From: Anthoceros angustus
Taxonomy: Eukaryota > Plantae > Anthocerotophyta
DNA length: 64,000 nt
Reading direction: 5' to 3'
Assembly: GCA_010909165.1 (NCBI GenBank)
Contig: MU008169.1
Span: forward strand, 372,001 to 436,000
This document shows, in pieces, positions 38,892-49,840 of this stretch. The first letter of the stretch is position 1; the number at the start of each line of letters is the position of its first letter. Made by a program: the position numbers and the translations under genes. The notes beneath the pieces are model-generated. The model saw nothing but the letters and a program-made list of their open reading frames with translations. It had not been told where the DNA came from and did no database searches.

Positions 38892-38999
38892 AACTCGGTT
38901 CACAACGGGATGCACATGGTGTGTTTATATGATAGAAGGGATTTCTGATTTTGTGAAGGTGTACAATCACGTTAGTGCTCTAGCTGAGATGCGCTAGGT

Positions 39000-39310
39000 A
39001 GGTACTCTGACCATATGAGCCATCATATAGCTGTTGTGTTTGAATTTTTCCATATTGGTATAATTTTAATATATTACACTTGCTTAAATTATTTTAGTCT
39101 AAATGTCGATAAAGATAATCTCATCGGATGCACTCTCCACGAGGATCTACATAAGCTGCCTTGCCCTGGTATTGTAGTCTTGTGGTGATTGAGGACTTCC
39201 TACCTTATGGTGACCGAAGAATGGCTCCTCAGCATGAGACCAAACTCGAACTTAGCCTAGTCTACTAAACAGCTCGAGAGCTATACAAACTTGTGGCCCT
39301 CTAGTTCCCA
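39000..39310. repeat. Diverged dispersed direct repeat, copy A (copy B at about 42000-42360)
   Basis: Shared blocks cacttg.ttaaatta, tgtcgataaaga.aatctcat, aagct.ccttgc, tgtggtga, gaactta, ctactaaaca and aacttg.gg occur in the same order in both copies. Confidence 0.7.
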
Positions 39311-39723
39311 GGCTAACCCTGTCCCTAGTTCTTGGCACGAATTGGAGTCGTCTACAAGTTTGTTGTGTGCATGTGCCTATGGGCCATAGTTTGATCCCAA
39401 TGTAGAAGAGAAACAATATCATGTATGTATGATGCTCAGTATGTTTTTATGGTAAATGGATTTCTGATTGTGTAAAAGGTGTGATTAGAAGGCGAAGGAA
39501 TGCTCTAGCTGAGATTCAAACCCAAGACATTCCACATGCTGGGCAGGTATTTTGACAACTAATATAATATTTATGCCCACTAAGGGTGGAAGGACCACCA
39601 TGGGATAGAAGAAGTACAACTGAAAATTGGTAACATATATACATTTAAACTAGAGAGACAAAAACAATGAAAGGAAGTAAAGCAAAAAAATGTGCAAACG
39701 AATCAATCAATCAATCAACAGTA

Positions 39724-40122
39724 TCAGAAACAAATTTGGGGACAAGGATTAAAAATAACTAATTGATCTCCACAGAACGGAAAAAAGGCCACTTGACCCG
39801 TAACACAAGGAACCTTAAAAGCAAGTAATTTCTCCTTCTTATGTTGCCATTGCAAGGCCGTAAGATGCTCGTTAACGTACAAACTTGTTTCCCGCAAAGT
39901 AGTCCTTGCCTTCAAGACCATAAGCCAATCATCCAAGGAATGGAAAGTCATGATCAAAGTGCAACGATCCCGGCTAAGATCTTTCTCAAGCCAAAACGTA
40001 TGCGGAATTGCCACATCCACATGCAACCGATTGAAAAACTCCATTGCAGCAACAAGCATATCATCAATACTGGAGCCAAGACCAAAACTTCGTAAGTTCA
40101 AAGCACAACGGGCTCGGTCCAA
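39724..40122 (-). mobile_element. LINE ORF1-like (L1-transposase RRM/CTD-type) remnant
   Basis: LNLRSFGL ... LIMTFHSLDDWLMVLKARTTLRETSLYVNEHLTALQ ... GQVAFF..GDQLVI matches the ORF1 pattern NLRxxGL...LxGTxIYxxEDLT...GxxAxF..xKLxI. Confidence 0.6.
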
Positions 40123-40492
40123 AGTTTCAGACTAAACTTCTTTCCTCGTATTTGTGACCCATGAGTTTGTCCATGTAGGTAGGTAAAGCCTATTCCATAT
40201 ACATTACCTTTTTCTCAACTTTCTAAAAGAAAGCATCATTCTTCAGTCCCTGCTCTTGCAACTTTACAACGAGTTTTTCGACCTAATTAGCAAAATCCAG
40301 CAATTTATCATTTACATATCTACACGATTTCTAATGCCCTAATTGATCATTCATAAGCCTATGTAGCCTATGCTGTTTACAGTTAATAAGTTTGCAAAAA
40401 ACCTTTGCAAATCGCCGTAGCTTGATCTCCATCTCTGATTGAACAAAATATGTGATTTGTGTAGAAGAAGGTAGGTCAAAGACCATAATTAA

Positions 40493-41881
40493 CAGCGTCT
40501 GTGTAGAAAGAGGTTTCTCCTGAAACCTCTTTTTGCACACGGACATGGCCAGACCCCCCTTTTTGCACTTGAAAAAATCCGCATTATAATCAACCTTTTT
40601 GGTATTTCTCTGCAGACATGTCACCCGCAAGCTTTTGAATAATTTTTTTGATACACATTATTTGAGATTGTAGATTGCAAGTACGTGGCAAAAACGTAAA
40701 GTCTCATTCTCTTTCGGCTTTTTCTTTCAAACTGGACACAGAATTCGTGCGCAAACTTATGCGCGCACTTACATCTAAACAGTCTCCAACACCTGGCAAT
40801 CATTGTCAGGTGTTGGACGTATACAAACGTTTAGAGTTTTTAGGGCTTGCTGTAATTCTAATTGTAATCAAAGTTTGCGCATCAACCTTTCATTCATACC
40901 AGTCAATCCAAAGACTATACTCTCGCTCTGGGAATTTTACAGGACTTTGTTTCTTAGACATTGAGACAATAATATTTTCATTGACTTGATGCTCTTGATC
41001 CGCGTGTAGTGCAAGAATGAGAGTGGTATGGTCTGCACCTGGAGCTGGGCCCACGCCAAACGTCTCAAGATTCAAAAGATGCAAAAGGTTCTCACTACTA
41101 ATTCAAAGTCCTCTTGCCCTCGATGCACGTGACTTGTTCACCCACCGGGCCATCTTGCCTCAGTGCGCACAAGTGCGCACCTGCCCACAGTGCGCACATA
41201 AATGCGCGTACCTAGGCCCCTTTGCCCCCTGATGCACGCACTTGTTCACCCAGCTGGGCCCCCCTGGCATGTTTGATGATAACCGGGTACTAGGTCACTG
41301 TCGAAAGAGACGGAAACACCATAAAGGATAAAAAGGGGATAGGGTGTTCTTCGTCGCATTAGGTCATAGGATAGATATATGAGAGCGGTCTATATGAACC
41401 TCCGCCGATGTTTGCTACTTGTTATTTTGTCGGGAGTTCCGGCACATCCTCAGACCTCCAAAAGGACATGTTTCCCCATTAGAAGATCATTTTTTGCGTT
41501 TTGTTTGCACAGTGCGTGCACAAGTTTGCACATAGCGTTTATTAGGTGCGCACTTATGTGCGCCTTGGCCCCCTTGGTATACAAAAACATACAAAACCAC
41601 ACAAAATGCAGAAACTACGGACATGACGAAATTATGGAACAATGAGGTCACTGGCCCTTCATCACCCCGACTAAACCGTCATGAACCTGACTACAAGGCG
41701 CCAACGCGGTATAAATGACTCGACAGGAAGTGGTGCCGGAGCCGAGAATGCCCGAAACCGATGGATGAACACCTACAAAAACCAACAAAAACCAAACCAA
41801 CTTCAGTTTCCGGTAAAGAAAGGTTGGGATTTTTTCCAAACCCCCTTTTGACAGGAGAAACCTCTTTCTACATAGACGCTG
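40493..41881. mobile_element. Non-autonomous TIR DNA transposon, 1,389 bp, 30-bp TIRs, TTAA target-site duplication
   Basis: TTAA(40489-40492)|cagcgtctgtgtagaaagaggtttctcctg ... caggagaaacctctttctacatagacgctg|TTAA(41882-41885). TIRs match at 29 of 30 positions. No transposase ORF recognised inside. Confidence 0.88.
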
Positions 41882-41999
41882 TTAATTTCTAAAAGCATTG
41901 ACCTGCGAGCATAGAAGAATAAGTGAAACCTTGAAGGACAGCTCCAAACCCTAGGATTTTTGTTCGAGAGCGAACTGATCCTATTAGGAGATGAAGCGT

Positions 42000-42360
42000 C
42001 AAGGTACTATATGAGCTATCAGAATTAAGCAACCATCTGGTTATTGGGTCCACATAAATTATTATCTAAACAATGTATGAATATAATATTTCTATATTCC
42101 ACTTGTTTAAATTACTATGGTCTGATTGTCGATAAAGAGAATCTCATGGGGTGCAATTACAACAAGGATATAGACAAGCTACCTTGCTCTAATATAGCAG
42201 TAATGTGGTGACTAAGGAATGATGCTGTGCTTTGGTCTTCCTATCTTGTGGTGATTGAGAATGATTCTTCAACATCAAACTAGACTTGAACTTATTAGTA
42301 GAAGACAACCCAATCTACTAAACAACGCGAGAGATATATGAACTTGCGGTCATCTCTAAG
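42000..42360. repeat. Diverged dispersed direct repeat, copy B
   Basis: Colinear similarity with 39000-39310. Confidence 0.7.
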
Positions 42361-42789
42361 CTTGCAAAGTGAGCTGCCCCCACGCTTGTCCTAAACAAAA
42401 TTGAAGGCCAAAATCTTAGAAAGTGAAGAAGATACATCCTATACACGACATGCTTGTGTCTAAGAGCTTCATCAATTTACATGGGAAGTCGACATTGGTC
42501 GGACATTCTTCTCGGGCATGCATGTTTAAGGCGGACATAAGAAGCCACTATGCTCATCTAGTTGAGGGACCTGCGTGCTGCATAGCTTCCACCGGAAACC
42601 TAGACTTGGTAGAAAGATTCAAAGATGTCAGTGTAAGAGTCTGAGCACACAAATTCATCAAATACCAGGTGCAACCAGACAAATTCGTCAAATACCAGGT
42701 GCAACCAGACGAATGGGTATGTTCGATGTATTATGATGTGTGGGCAGAGGAGAATCAACAAGACTGCACTTCCGGGGAGCATGATAAAT

Positions 42790-43290
42790 TATTGGTAGAT
42801 ATCCATGTACATGACGACAACAAATTTCAAGCCTTATCACAACTTGAAAAGTAGAATGGGTTATGGAAAATATCAAAGTTTGCTTCAATCTTTGCCCAAG
42901 GTTCTGCAATGGTTTGCATATATGACTCATTAAGATATCAGTTAGAAATAGACTTGGATGTGAATCATTAACATGGATTCGGATGTATGAAGTGTAATCC
43001 ATAGACAAATGCAAAATGTAGAGTATTTAACAAATACTCTTCTCATTCCACTCATCAATAGTTCACACTATACTTGTCAATAGTTCATATCCAAATCGAT
43101 GTCAATAGCTCACATCCAAATTTATTTCTAACTAATATCTTAACGAATAGCATATGCAAACCATTACCGAACCTTAGACAAAGGTTGAAGGAAACGTCAA
43201 TGTTTTCCATGATCCATTCTACTAAGGCTCAAAATTTATCATTGTCTTGTATGCAGACAAAGAATATCCTGGATATCTCCACCATACCTC
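42790..43290. repeat. Long imperfect inverted repeat (core arms 42850-42993 and 43081-43222), fold-back/MITE-like
   Basis: Opposite-strand translations are homologous: DSHPSLFLTDILMSHICKPLQNLGQRLKQTLIFSITHST (-) versus SSHPNLFLTNILTNSICKPLPNLRQRLKETSMFSMIHST (+). Confidence 0.85.
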
Positions 43291-43519
43291 TAACCTGGTC
43301 ATCAATAGATTGCCAAACCATTAAGATCTTCACACATTCAACCAACTTAGCGTTAGTGTTTAAAAAATATCTTCAATCATCAAGTCTACCTTTGGCTTTT
43401 GTTCTGGGAGTTATAAAACTTCATGTAATTTGCACTTCTTGTTGTAGCTCTTCAAAAATTGAAATCCCAAATTTTCATTATAATACCATATAACCTGCTG
43501 TTTTGACCTCACTTCTTCA

Positions 43520-43952
43520 ACCCATTCCACTTTGCTCGCACCCATTCCACTTTCTTCGAAGCTTCTTCATATTTGGCCCATTCCACTTTCCTCAAAGCTT
43601 TTTCATTCTTGGCTCATTCCGCTTTCCTCGAAGCTTCTTCATCCTTGGCTCATTCCGCTTTCCTCCAAGCTTCTTCATCCTTGGCCCATTCCACTTTCCC
43701 CGAAGCTTCCTAAAAGGTTCCTCATTCTTGGCCCATTCCACTTTCCTCGCAGCTTCTTCATTATCGGCCCATTCCGCTTTCCTTTAAGCTTTCTATCATT
43801 CTTTAGCCCATTCCGCTTTCCTCGAGGTTTCTTCATTCTTGACCCATTCCGCTTTCCTCGAGGTTTCTTCATTCTTGACCCATTCCGCTTTCCTCGAGGT
43901 TTCTTCATTCTTGACCCATTCCGCTTTCCTCGAAGCTTCTTCATTCTTGGCC
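43520..43952. repeat. 36-bp minisatellite, about 12 copies
   Basis: Unit gacccattccgctttcctcgaggtttcttcattctt, which reads KNEETSRKAEWV on the minus strand. Confidence 0.92.
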
Positions 43953-44079
43953 TCCTAAGAAAATAAGACTTCTTCAAGCTGCTCCTTGCCCTGTATGGCT
44001 CGCTCCTTGGATCATAAGACTTCTTCATGCCGAGAATACCCTATTGTCTTCTCGGTGTTCTCCTCTACAAACGCTCAAC

Positions 44080-45511
44080 TCAGCTGGTTGGATCCACTTC
44101 AGTCCACATACTTTGAGTTGGAACTTGCTGCCTTGCTGCTGCCTCTATAGCTTTCTTCCTAGCCAAGAGGGCAGCACTCAAGGTTGGAGGTAGGAAATCC
44201 TTCCCTCTGTACAGGAGAACGAATCCCTTACACTTGGAGAGCACAACACCTCCAGTGAGCCGCTGCAACTCGTCAACCATAGCCCAAAGGCTAGAGCAAG
44301 GCAACTCCGGCTTCGCAGCAACTTTGGCAACTTCACATGTTTTCCACAACTCCAGGATGGCAACGGCAACAAACTCCAGCGTCTCCACTTTTCCTGCACA
44401 CCAAACTGACATTTCAGTCGAGGCCCGAGCACTTCCAGATATCAAAGACCAGACTCAGGGACACCAGAAATCTCACCCACAACAACATGAGGAGGCAGGA
44501 TGTTACTGGCTCTCCTCAACAAGGTCTGCTCATTGCGGCTCAAATCCCGTGTGCTGCCGCAAGGCAACAGTCTGAGGGGTTTCCTGTACTGCTGCGCGGG
44601 AGGCCCGGTAAGAAGATCCCCGTCCACAGGAACAGGGTGTGCGCCAAGCCAGCCATGGTAACGAGGGCCAAGCCCCTCCAGCACACGATTCACCTCCTGT
44701 TGCTGAAGACTCAGACGTTCCACAGGCCTCCGGTCAGGATCATAATCCTTTCCACGGTACACAATCACCACCCCTTCCGACCTCCAAATCACGCTTCCTC
44801 CAGTCTTCCTCTGTCAAACCACCACACAGCATGAAGATGCAGCGTCTGCTGAAGCTCACTAGGAGCAAAGAAACCGAAACCGAAGCCATGAACCAGACTC
44901 ACTTCCAGGTCATCCGCAATGTGACGCATGTCGGCAGCCGCTGGGCCGTGGCACCTGATCTTCACCACCTCCGAGCTCCGCCACACATTGTGAGTGATTT
45001 GCACAACTCCATCCGTCACTCCGAGTCTGCCGATTTTGAAAGAATGCTTCAGAGAAAGACCAATCCTCTGCAGCCTCCTGAGCTCCTTCTGTGAAGGACT
45101 GCAAGCACTACCTTCCCTATCGTCTTCAACCACATTCTCAGAAGCTGCCCCCGAGAGAGACACACCAGCAACATCGACCACACCCAAATCCCCGACAGCA
45201 TTGAGAACCGGCAACAGCTCTTGGTTGAGCCACCCGTTCCTCTGCGAGAAGAGAGAACCTCCAGCCCGCCCACAACGGGCTTCCATGGACGGAACCTGGA
45301 CCACCAGCTCCTCCTCCACCGCACTCCCTTCTCTCCCGCGCCGCAGCTTGGCCAGAACCCTGGCCATGGGCGACGCTGGCTCATCCGTAGGCGGGGTGAG
45401 AGTGGTGGTTGCCCTGGTGCGACTGCCTCCGGAAGCTGCCACAACAGAGCGGGAAGGAAGGGAACATGCTGCTCCGCCTGGACAGCCCAAGAGACAGAGA
45501 GTCGATGCCAT
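44080..45511 (-). CDS. CRM-domain (CRS1/YhbY) organellar group II intron splicing factor, CRS1/CFM3-like, two CRM domains, 3 exons
   Basis: ELRRLQRIG...KIGRLGVTDGVV..WRSSEVVKIRC..DLE|..TGG.VIWRSEGVVIVYRGKDY; linker LGPRYHGW..PVPVDGDLL..PLRLLP; second CRM ELWKTCEVAKV..ELQRLTGGVVLS..VLLYRGKDFLP. Confidence 0.88.
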
Positions 45512-45591
45512 GGCTGTAGCGGCTGTGGAATAATCGGAGAAGCTGCAGACAAGGCTGTGGCCTTATATACCTCCTCGTATCGTAGGGCAGC
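45512..45591. promoter_or_regulatory. 80-bp spacer between divergent start codons (candidate bidirectional promoter)
   Basis: CRM ATG at 45511 (-) and PPTase ATG at 45592 (+), with a palindromic TATATA at 45564-45569. Confidence 0.5.
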
Positions 45592-46962
45592 ATGAAGTTG
45601 GAGATGGAAGCGGGTGTGCAGAGATGGGCCTTCAACACGTCGCTGTGGCATCCGTCTCCAGAGGAGTTCAACCTCTGCCTGTCCGTGCTCCCGCCATCCC
45701 AGCACCAGGATGTGACTCGGTAAGGGTGCCATATCCACGCCAGGAGAATTCCAGCAGCCAGCTCGATGTGGACGTGGATGCTGGCTTTGACCCTCGCATC
45801 ATGCTGCTGCTGCTGCTGCTGCTGCAGGTTTGTCATGATGCAGGACCAGAAGCGGGCACTGGTGAGTCGGCTGCTGCAGCTGAAGGTGGTGCATTCCGTT
45901 CTGGGCATCCCTTACGAGGAGATTGTGATACAACGGACCAACGAAGGGAAGCCATACCTGGTCCGGTCTGAACCCCGCCTTGCCTTCCATGAATGCATTC
46001 GGAGGGACGCCGGAGGACCCGGTGGGTGGGATGCAACTGCTGTGCATGACGCATGTTGCTCCTGGTCAGGCAAACGAAGTGGCCGAGCCTGCATTCCCCA
46101 ACTTCAACTTCAACACATCCCACCATGGCGACTACGTGGTGCTGGCCTCGGAGCCCTTGTGTGCGGTGGGAGTGGATGTCATGACCCATGACCCCTCCAG
46201 GACGGAGCCTCCATGGGAGTACCTGGAGGCCTTCAAGGCCTGCTTCACAGGACACGAGTGGGAGCGGATTCTGGGAGCAGGTCCTGACTGGGGCCCTGTT
46301 ATGGACCAATTCCTCAGGTCTGCTTGCCTTCAAGTGCCTGTGCAACTCCTGCCAGTCTCCTGCTGTCCCTCGGATCTGACAGCCATGCCTGCCCTGCGCC
46401 CAGGTTCTGGTGCATGAAGGAGGCATACATCAAAGGTGTGGGTATCGGTCTGGGTTTTGAGCTCCACAAAGCGGAGTTTCGGTACCAGGACGATGATCTC
46501 TGGGCAAGCATGGCGCGCGTGTGGATCGACGGGAAGGAGCAACGTGACTGGCGCTTCTGTCTACACGACCTGGGCGACAAGCACTGGGTGGGTTCAATTC
46601 GCTTCAAACTTGAGTTGCCGGTCCTGAACCCCATTGACAGGGTGTTGCGTTTCATGACGTTACAGGCCTGTGTTGCTCGAGGTCCACCTTGGGATTCACG
46701 TGGGACGCGGCTCACAGCTTCGCACTTCGGGCGTGACATGTATGCCAAGGCCCTCTGCCTTCCAGACAAACATTTTCATACACTCTGCCTGCATGACATC
46801 CTGCCTCCTCACACTTCCGGGGTGACCAATAGCTGGGGTTTCGGCACTCGGTACCCCAGTGGAGTTACGTCCGTCCAAGCGCCGTCTAGAGAAAGACAGT
46901 TTGACTCATCTTCTTGGCCTCCCAAAAGTGGGGAGTTGTCTAACCCGAGATTACCGAGATAA
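45592..46962 (+). CDS. Sfp/AASDHPPT-type 4'-phosphopantetheinyl transferase, 5 exons
   Basis: VQRWAFN, DQKRALVSRLLQ, RTNEGKPYL, NFNFNTSHHGDYVVLA..VGVDVM, FWCMKEAYIKGVGIGLG. Confidence 0.93.
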
Positions 46963-46975
46963 ACAACCCCGCCCG

Positions 46976-47048
46976 TGGCCCCAGCGAGGATTGAACTCGC
47001 GGCCTTCTGCGTGTAAAGCAGACGTGATGACCACTACACCATGGGACC
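46976..47048 (-). tRNA. tRNA-Val (anticodon TAC)
   Basis: ggtcccatggtgtagtggtcatcacgtctgctTTACACgcagaaggccgcgagttcaatcctcgctggggcca: 7-bp acceptor stem, A box, tctgc/gcaga anticodon stem, GTTCAATC B box, 73 nt. Confidence 0.95.
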
Positions 47049-47920
47049 TGCTTGCATCCTTCAGCGAGGAAACAAAGTTATTGTGAAATATGTTCTGAAT
47101 ATCACTTCAATTCGTCCAGCCGTTCTAGCTCGGATGAAAGGCGCTAATTGATAAATTACCTGGCTACAAGGAGCTAGATGCAAGGGTCGCCAGTGAAAAA
47201 AACCGCTGAGGCAGGGTCGCTAGTTGTGCTAGGAGGTGAGCGATTTCTTTGTATTTTTTCTTCTAGATTCTTCCCCCTCTTATTAATTTTATTGTAGAGA
47301 TCTTATGATTATATGAAAAACCTAAATAAAAATGATAAGTTTTAGAAATGATTATCAGATAATCAGGTAGCATATTGTTTAGGCTATATTTTCTTTTATC
47401 AAAGTAGGTACTGACAGAGACTTCCATGTTTCAATCTAGGTCTTCTTAGTGATAAGATGGGTACTGTGAATCATGTGTCGTCTTTTCTAAAAAGATATAT
47501 ATGAGCTTAAGTTTTTCATTAGCACAAGCTGAAAAAAGTGTTTTGCTTCATTTGCCTACCGGTTGGCGTGGTGTGCAATCAAACCTCTAAAATTGCGATC
47601 TCCTCCTGTACAACTAAAAACAATTGCACTCGGCTATCATAACTAGTGACAAAAGAAAATATATAATTATGAGGTTTTTTAATCTTCATAATATAAATAA
47701 CTAAACAATTATTTATTATAAAATAATATATAATTTTAAAATACTTACTTTTCAGGAACCTGCAAGAAGAACTATGTCAAGACTAATAAGTTATATGATT
47801 GGCTAGAATGAATAACATAATAAGAGAAAATTATAATTACATCAGATCAAAACTAGTAAGCGGATTCCTCGTATAATGTACAGCATTGACTAAGTGAACG
47901 CTCAGTCGAAGCTGGAGGTC

Positions 47921-48606
47921 ATGGCACAACAGGTTACCAATGGCGTGGCGAGCGGGAAGAGATCCACTGTGAAGGGGAGCGAGCAGTCCCTGGAGAGAAA
48001 GGAGTTCTTAACGGCCTACGATAAAGAGGTCGGCGCAAGAGAACCACACTATCAGCTCCTCAAGTCATCTGTAAGCGGCAGAATGCATGGCATCCTAAGA
48101 AAAGAGTGAAGAACCTTGTGGAGACGAAGATAACTGCAGAGGGATAGACGTTAGGTTCCAGGCAGAAACCCTGGCGTCAGGGCCGAAACCTCATGTACAA
48201 TATGGCTTGAGTAATGTCCGGGATGGTGATGTTGCTTCCGGGGGCAGGAGGAAGTGACGGCGATGCGGACGCCGAGATATTGCGGAGGGACTTACGAGAG
48301 TCGCCGGACGAGACGTCTCCGGAGCAGTACGAGAGGATGTCGGTGAAGGAGTTTGGCGAGCATGAGAGGATGCCGGCGGGAGAGGAGTTCAACGACTGTG
48401 AGAGGAAGCCGGCAAAGGAGTTTGGCAAGGCTTTGCTCCGGAGCCTGGGGCGGGAGGAGGGCAAGCCGATAGGCCGGAGACGTCAGGAGGTGGTGGAATC
48501 TTTTGAGCGTAGCCGTCGGCCGCGCCGGCTGGGGCTGGGGCTGGGGGCAAAGCCTGTTCCTGTGGATTGCCAAGAAGACGATAGGGCTATAGATGTGCAA
48601 ATTTAA
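47921..48606 (+). pseudogene. MOS2/Spp2-like G-patch protein remnant (no KOW domains)
   Basis: RKEFLTAYD; DLRESPDETSPEQYERMSVKEFG...KEFGKALLRSLGREEGKPIGR...RRPRRLGLGLGAKP matches the Spp2/MOS2 G-patch. Stops separate the two parts. Confidence 0.7.
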
Positions 48607-49840
48607 TGTGTATGAAAATATGAATTTAGTAATATTTCTATATAATATTCTTAAAAATATTCTCAACCTATATGCTCTGGAAGTTATGTGGATATAATAA
48701 AGGAATTGATCTTATAATTTTAATCCCATCATTATACCACATAACTATTATTAAAAATATTCATGATATACATGTTTTGAGAGATATGGAATTAGTGAAT
48801 ATTATGTTTAATGATTATGATTACACATCTTTGCCTGTTGTCCAAATAGGGGACTTGGTTCAATCATTAGTCTTCTCCTTTCTTGTATGTGAGTGAGATC
48901 CTTCCCTTGATGTATATGAGATGCATCTTACTAGTTGGTCCAATGACACCATTGAGGAAATCATGTTTTCAATGCTTGTGAAGTGGTTTCATGGCTGGGA
49001 AGGATAGGTGCCCTAAACGACCTAGGGTCTTGGATAGAGACATTGGACTATCTACCATAAATAATTCGTAGAAATCTAAAATTTTATTATCAATCTCCTG
49101 TTTTCGTCCATCAAGAAAGGCGCATCTACCCATGCCCAAGTTTCTAAAATTGGCAACCTTGAAGGTCATTGAATCACCTTGGATAGGGAGTAGAGGAGCC
49201 ATGCCATGAGTAGAGGGCATGGAGAGTTGATATGGGAGATCGGGATGCGAGATGTGGCCGGTGGGTCTGGGAACTAATGTCTGACCACAGTGCTTACAAA
49301 AAATCAGAAACCACAATGCTTGAATTTCATGGAAAATAGGTACTGTCATAGAGGGGTTAAGCTTTTTATGCAGCGAGTCACAATGGACTTGTACTTGGTG
49401 CTAGGCAATTAAGTTTTAGTAATAGTCATGGTAACAAGTCATGGACCTTTTTGGGGACTACGTCCCGAACAAGTTATCCTTTATATTAATGATTATCACT
49501 TTTTATGGATAAGTTCTTTAAATTTATTTTTGGATAATTTTATCCCCCTACAATTTAGCATGTGATGTTCAAAACAGATTAATGAAGCCATGCTAAATCA
49601 AAAAACTGCTGAACCTTTAACTGTTTCTTTGAAAGTTCAAGACAACAATTAATCTTCGAAAAGAAAAATTGAACTAATTTGATTGGGAGAGGCACCTCAA
49701 AGATCCATAAATGTTGTCTTGGTTGGTCTAGACATGACACTGTAGTTGGAGATTAAAAAAAAAGGTTCCATTCACAGCAAATTGTTGTCCAATTGAAGAA
49801 GATTATGGGATCCATTATGGGGAGAAGAAAGACAAGAAAA

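Noticed and set aside
43520-43952. 36-bp repeats (also the 32-bp and 40-bp arrays) as a CRISPR array
   Set aside because: Units are contiguous with no unique spacers, there are no cas genes, and the context is eukaryotic.
896-46962. Apparent clustering of organelle-targeted genes (CP12, PPR, PHT2;1, CRM, PPTase)
   Set aside because: There is no shared pathway, unrelated genes are interspersed, and such genes are common enough to co-occur by chance.
48969-49349. Possible LINE endonuclease remnant
   Set aside because: The resemblance (ILDFY) is too weak without a search.
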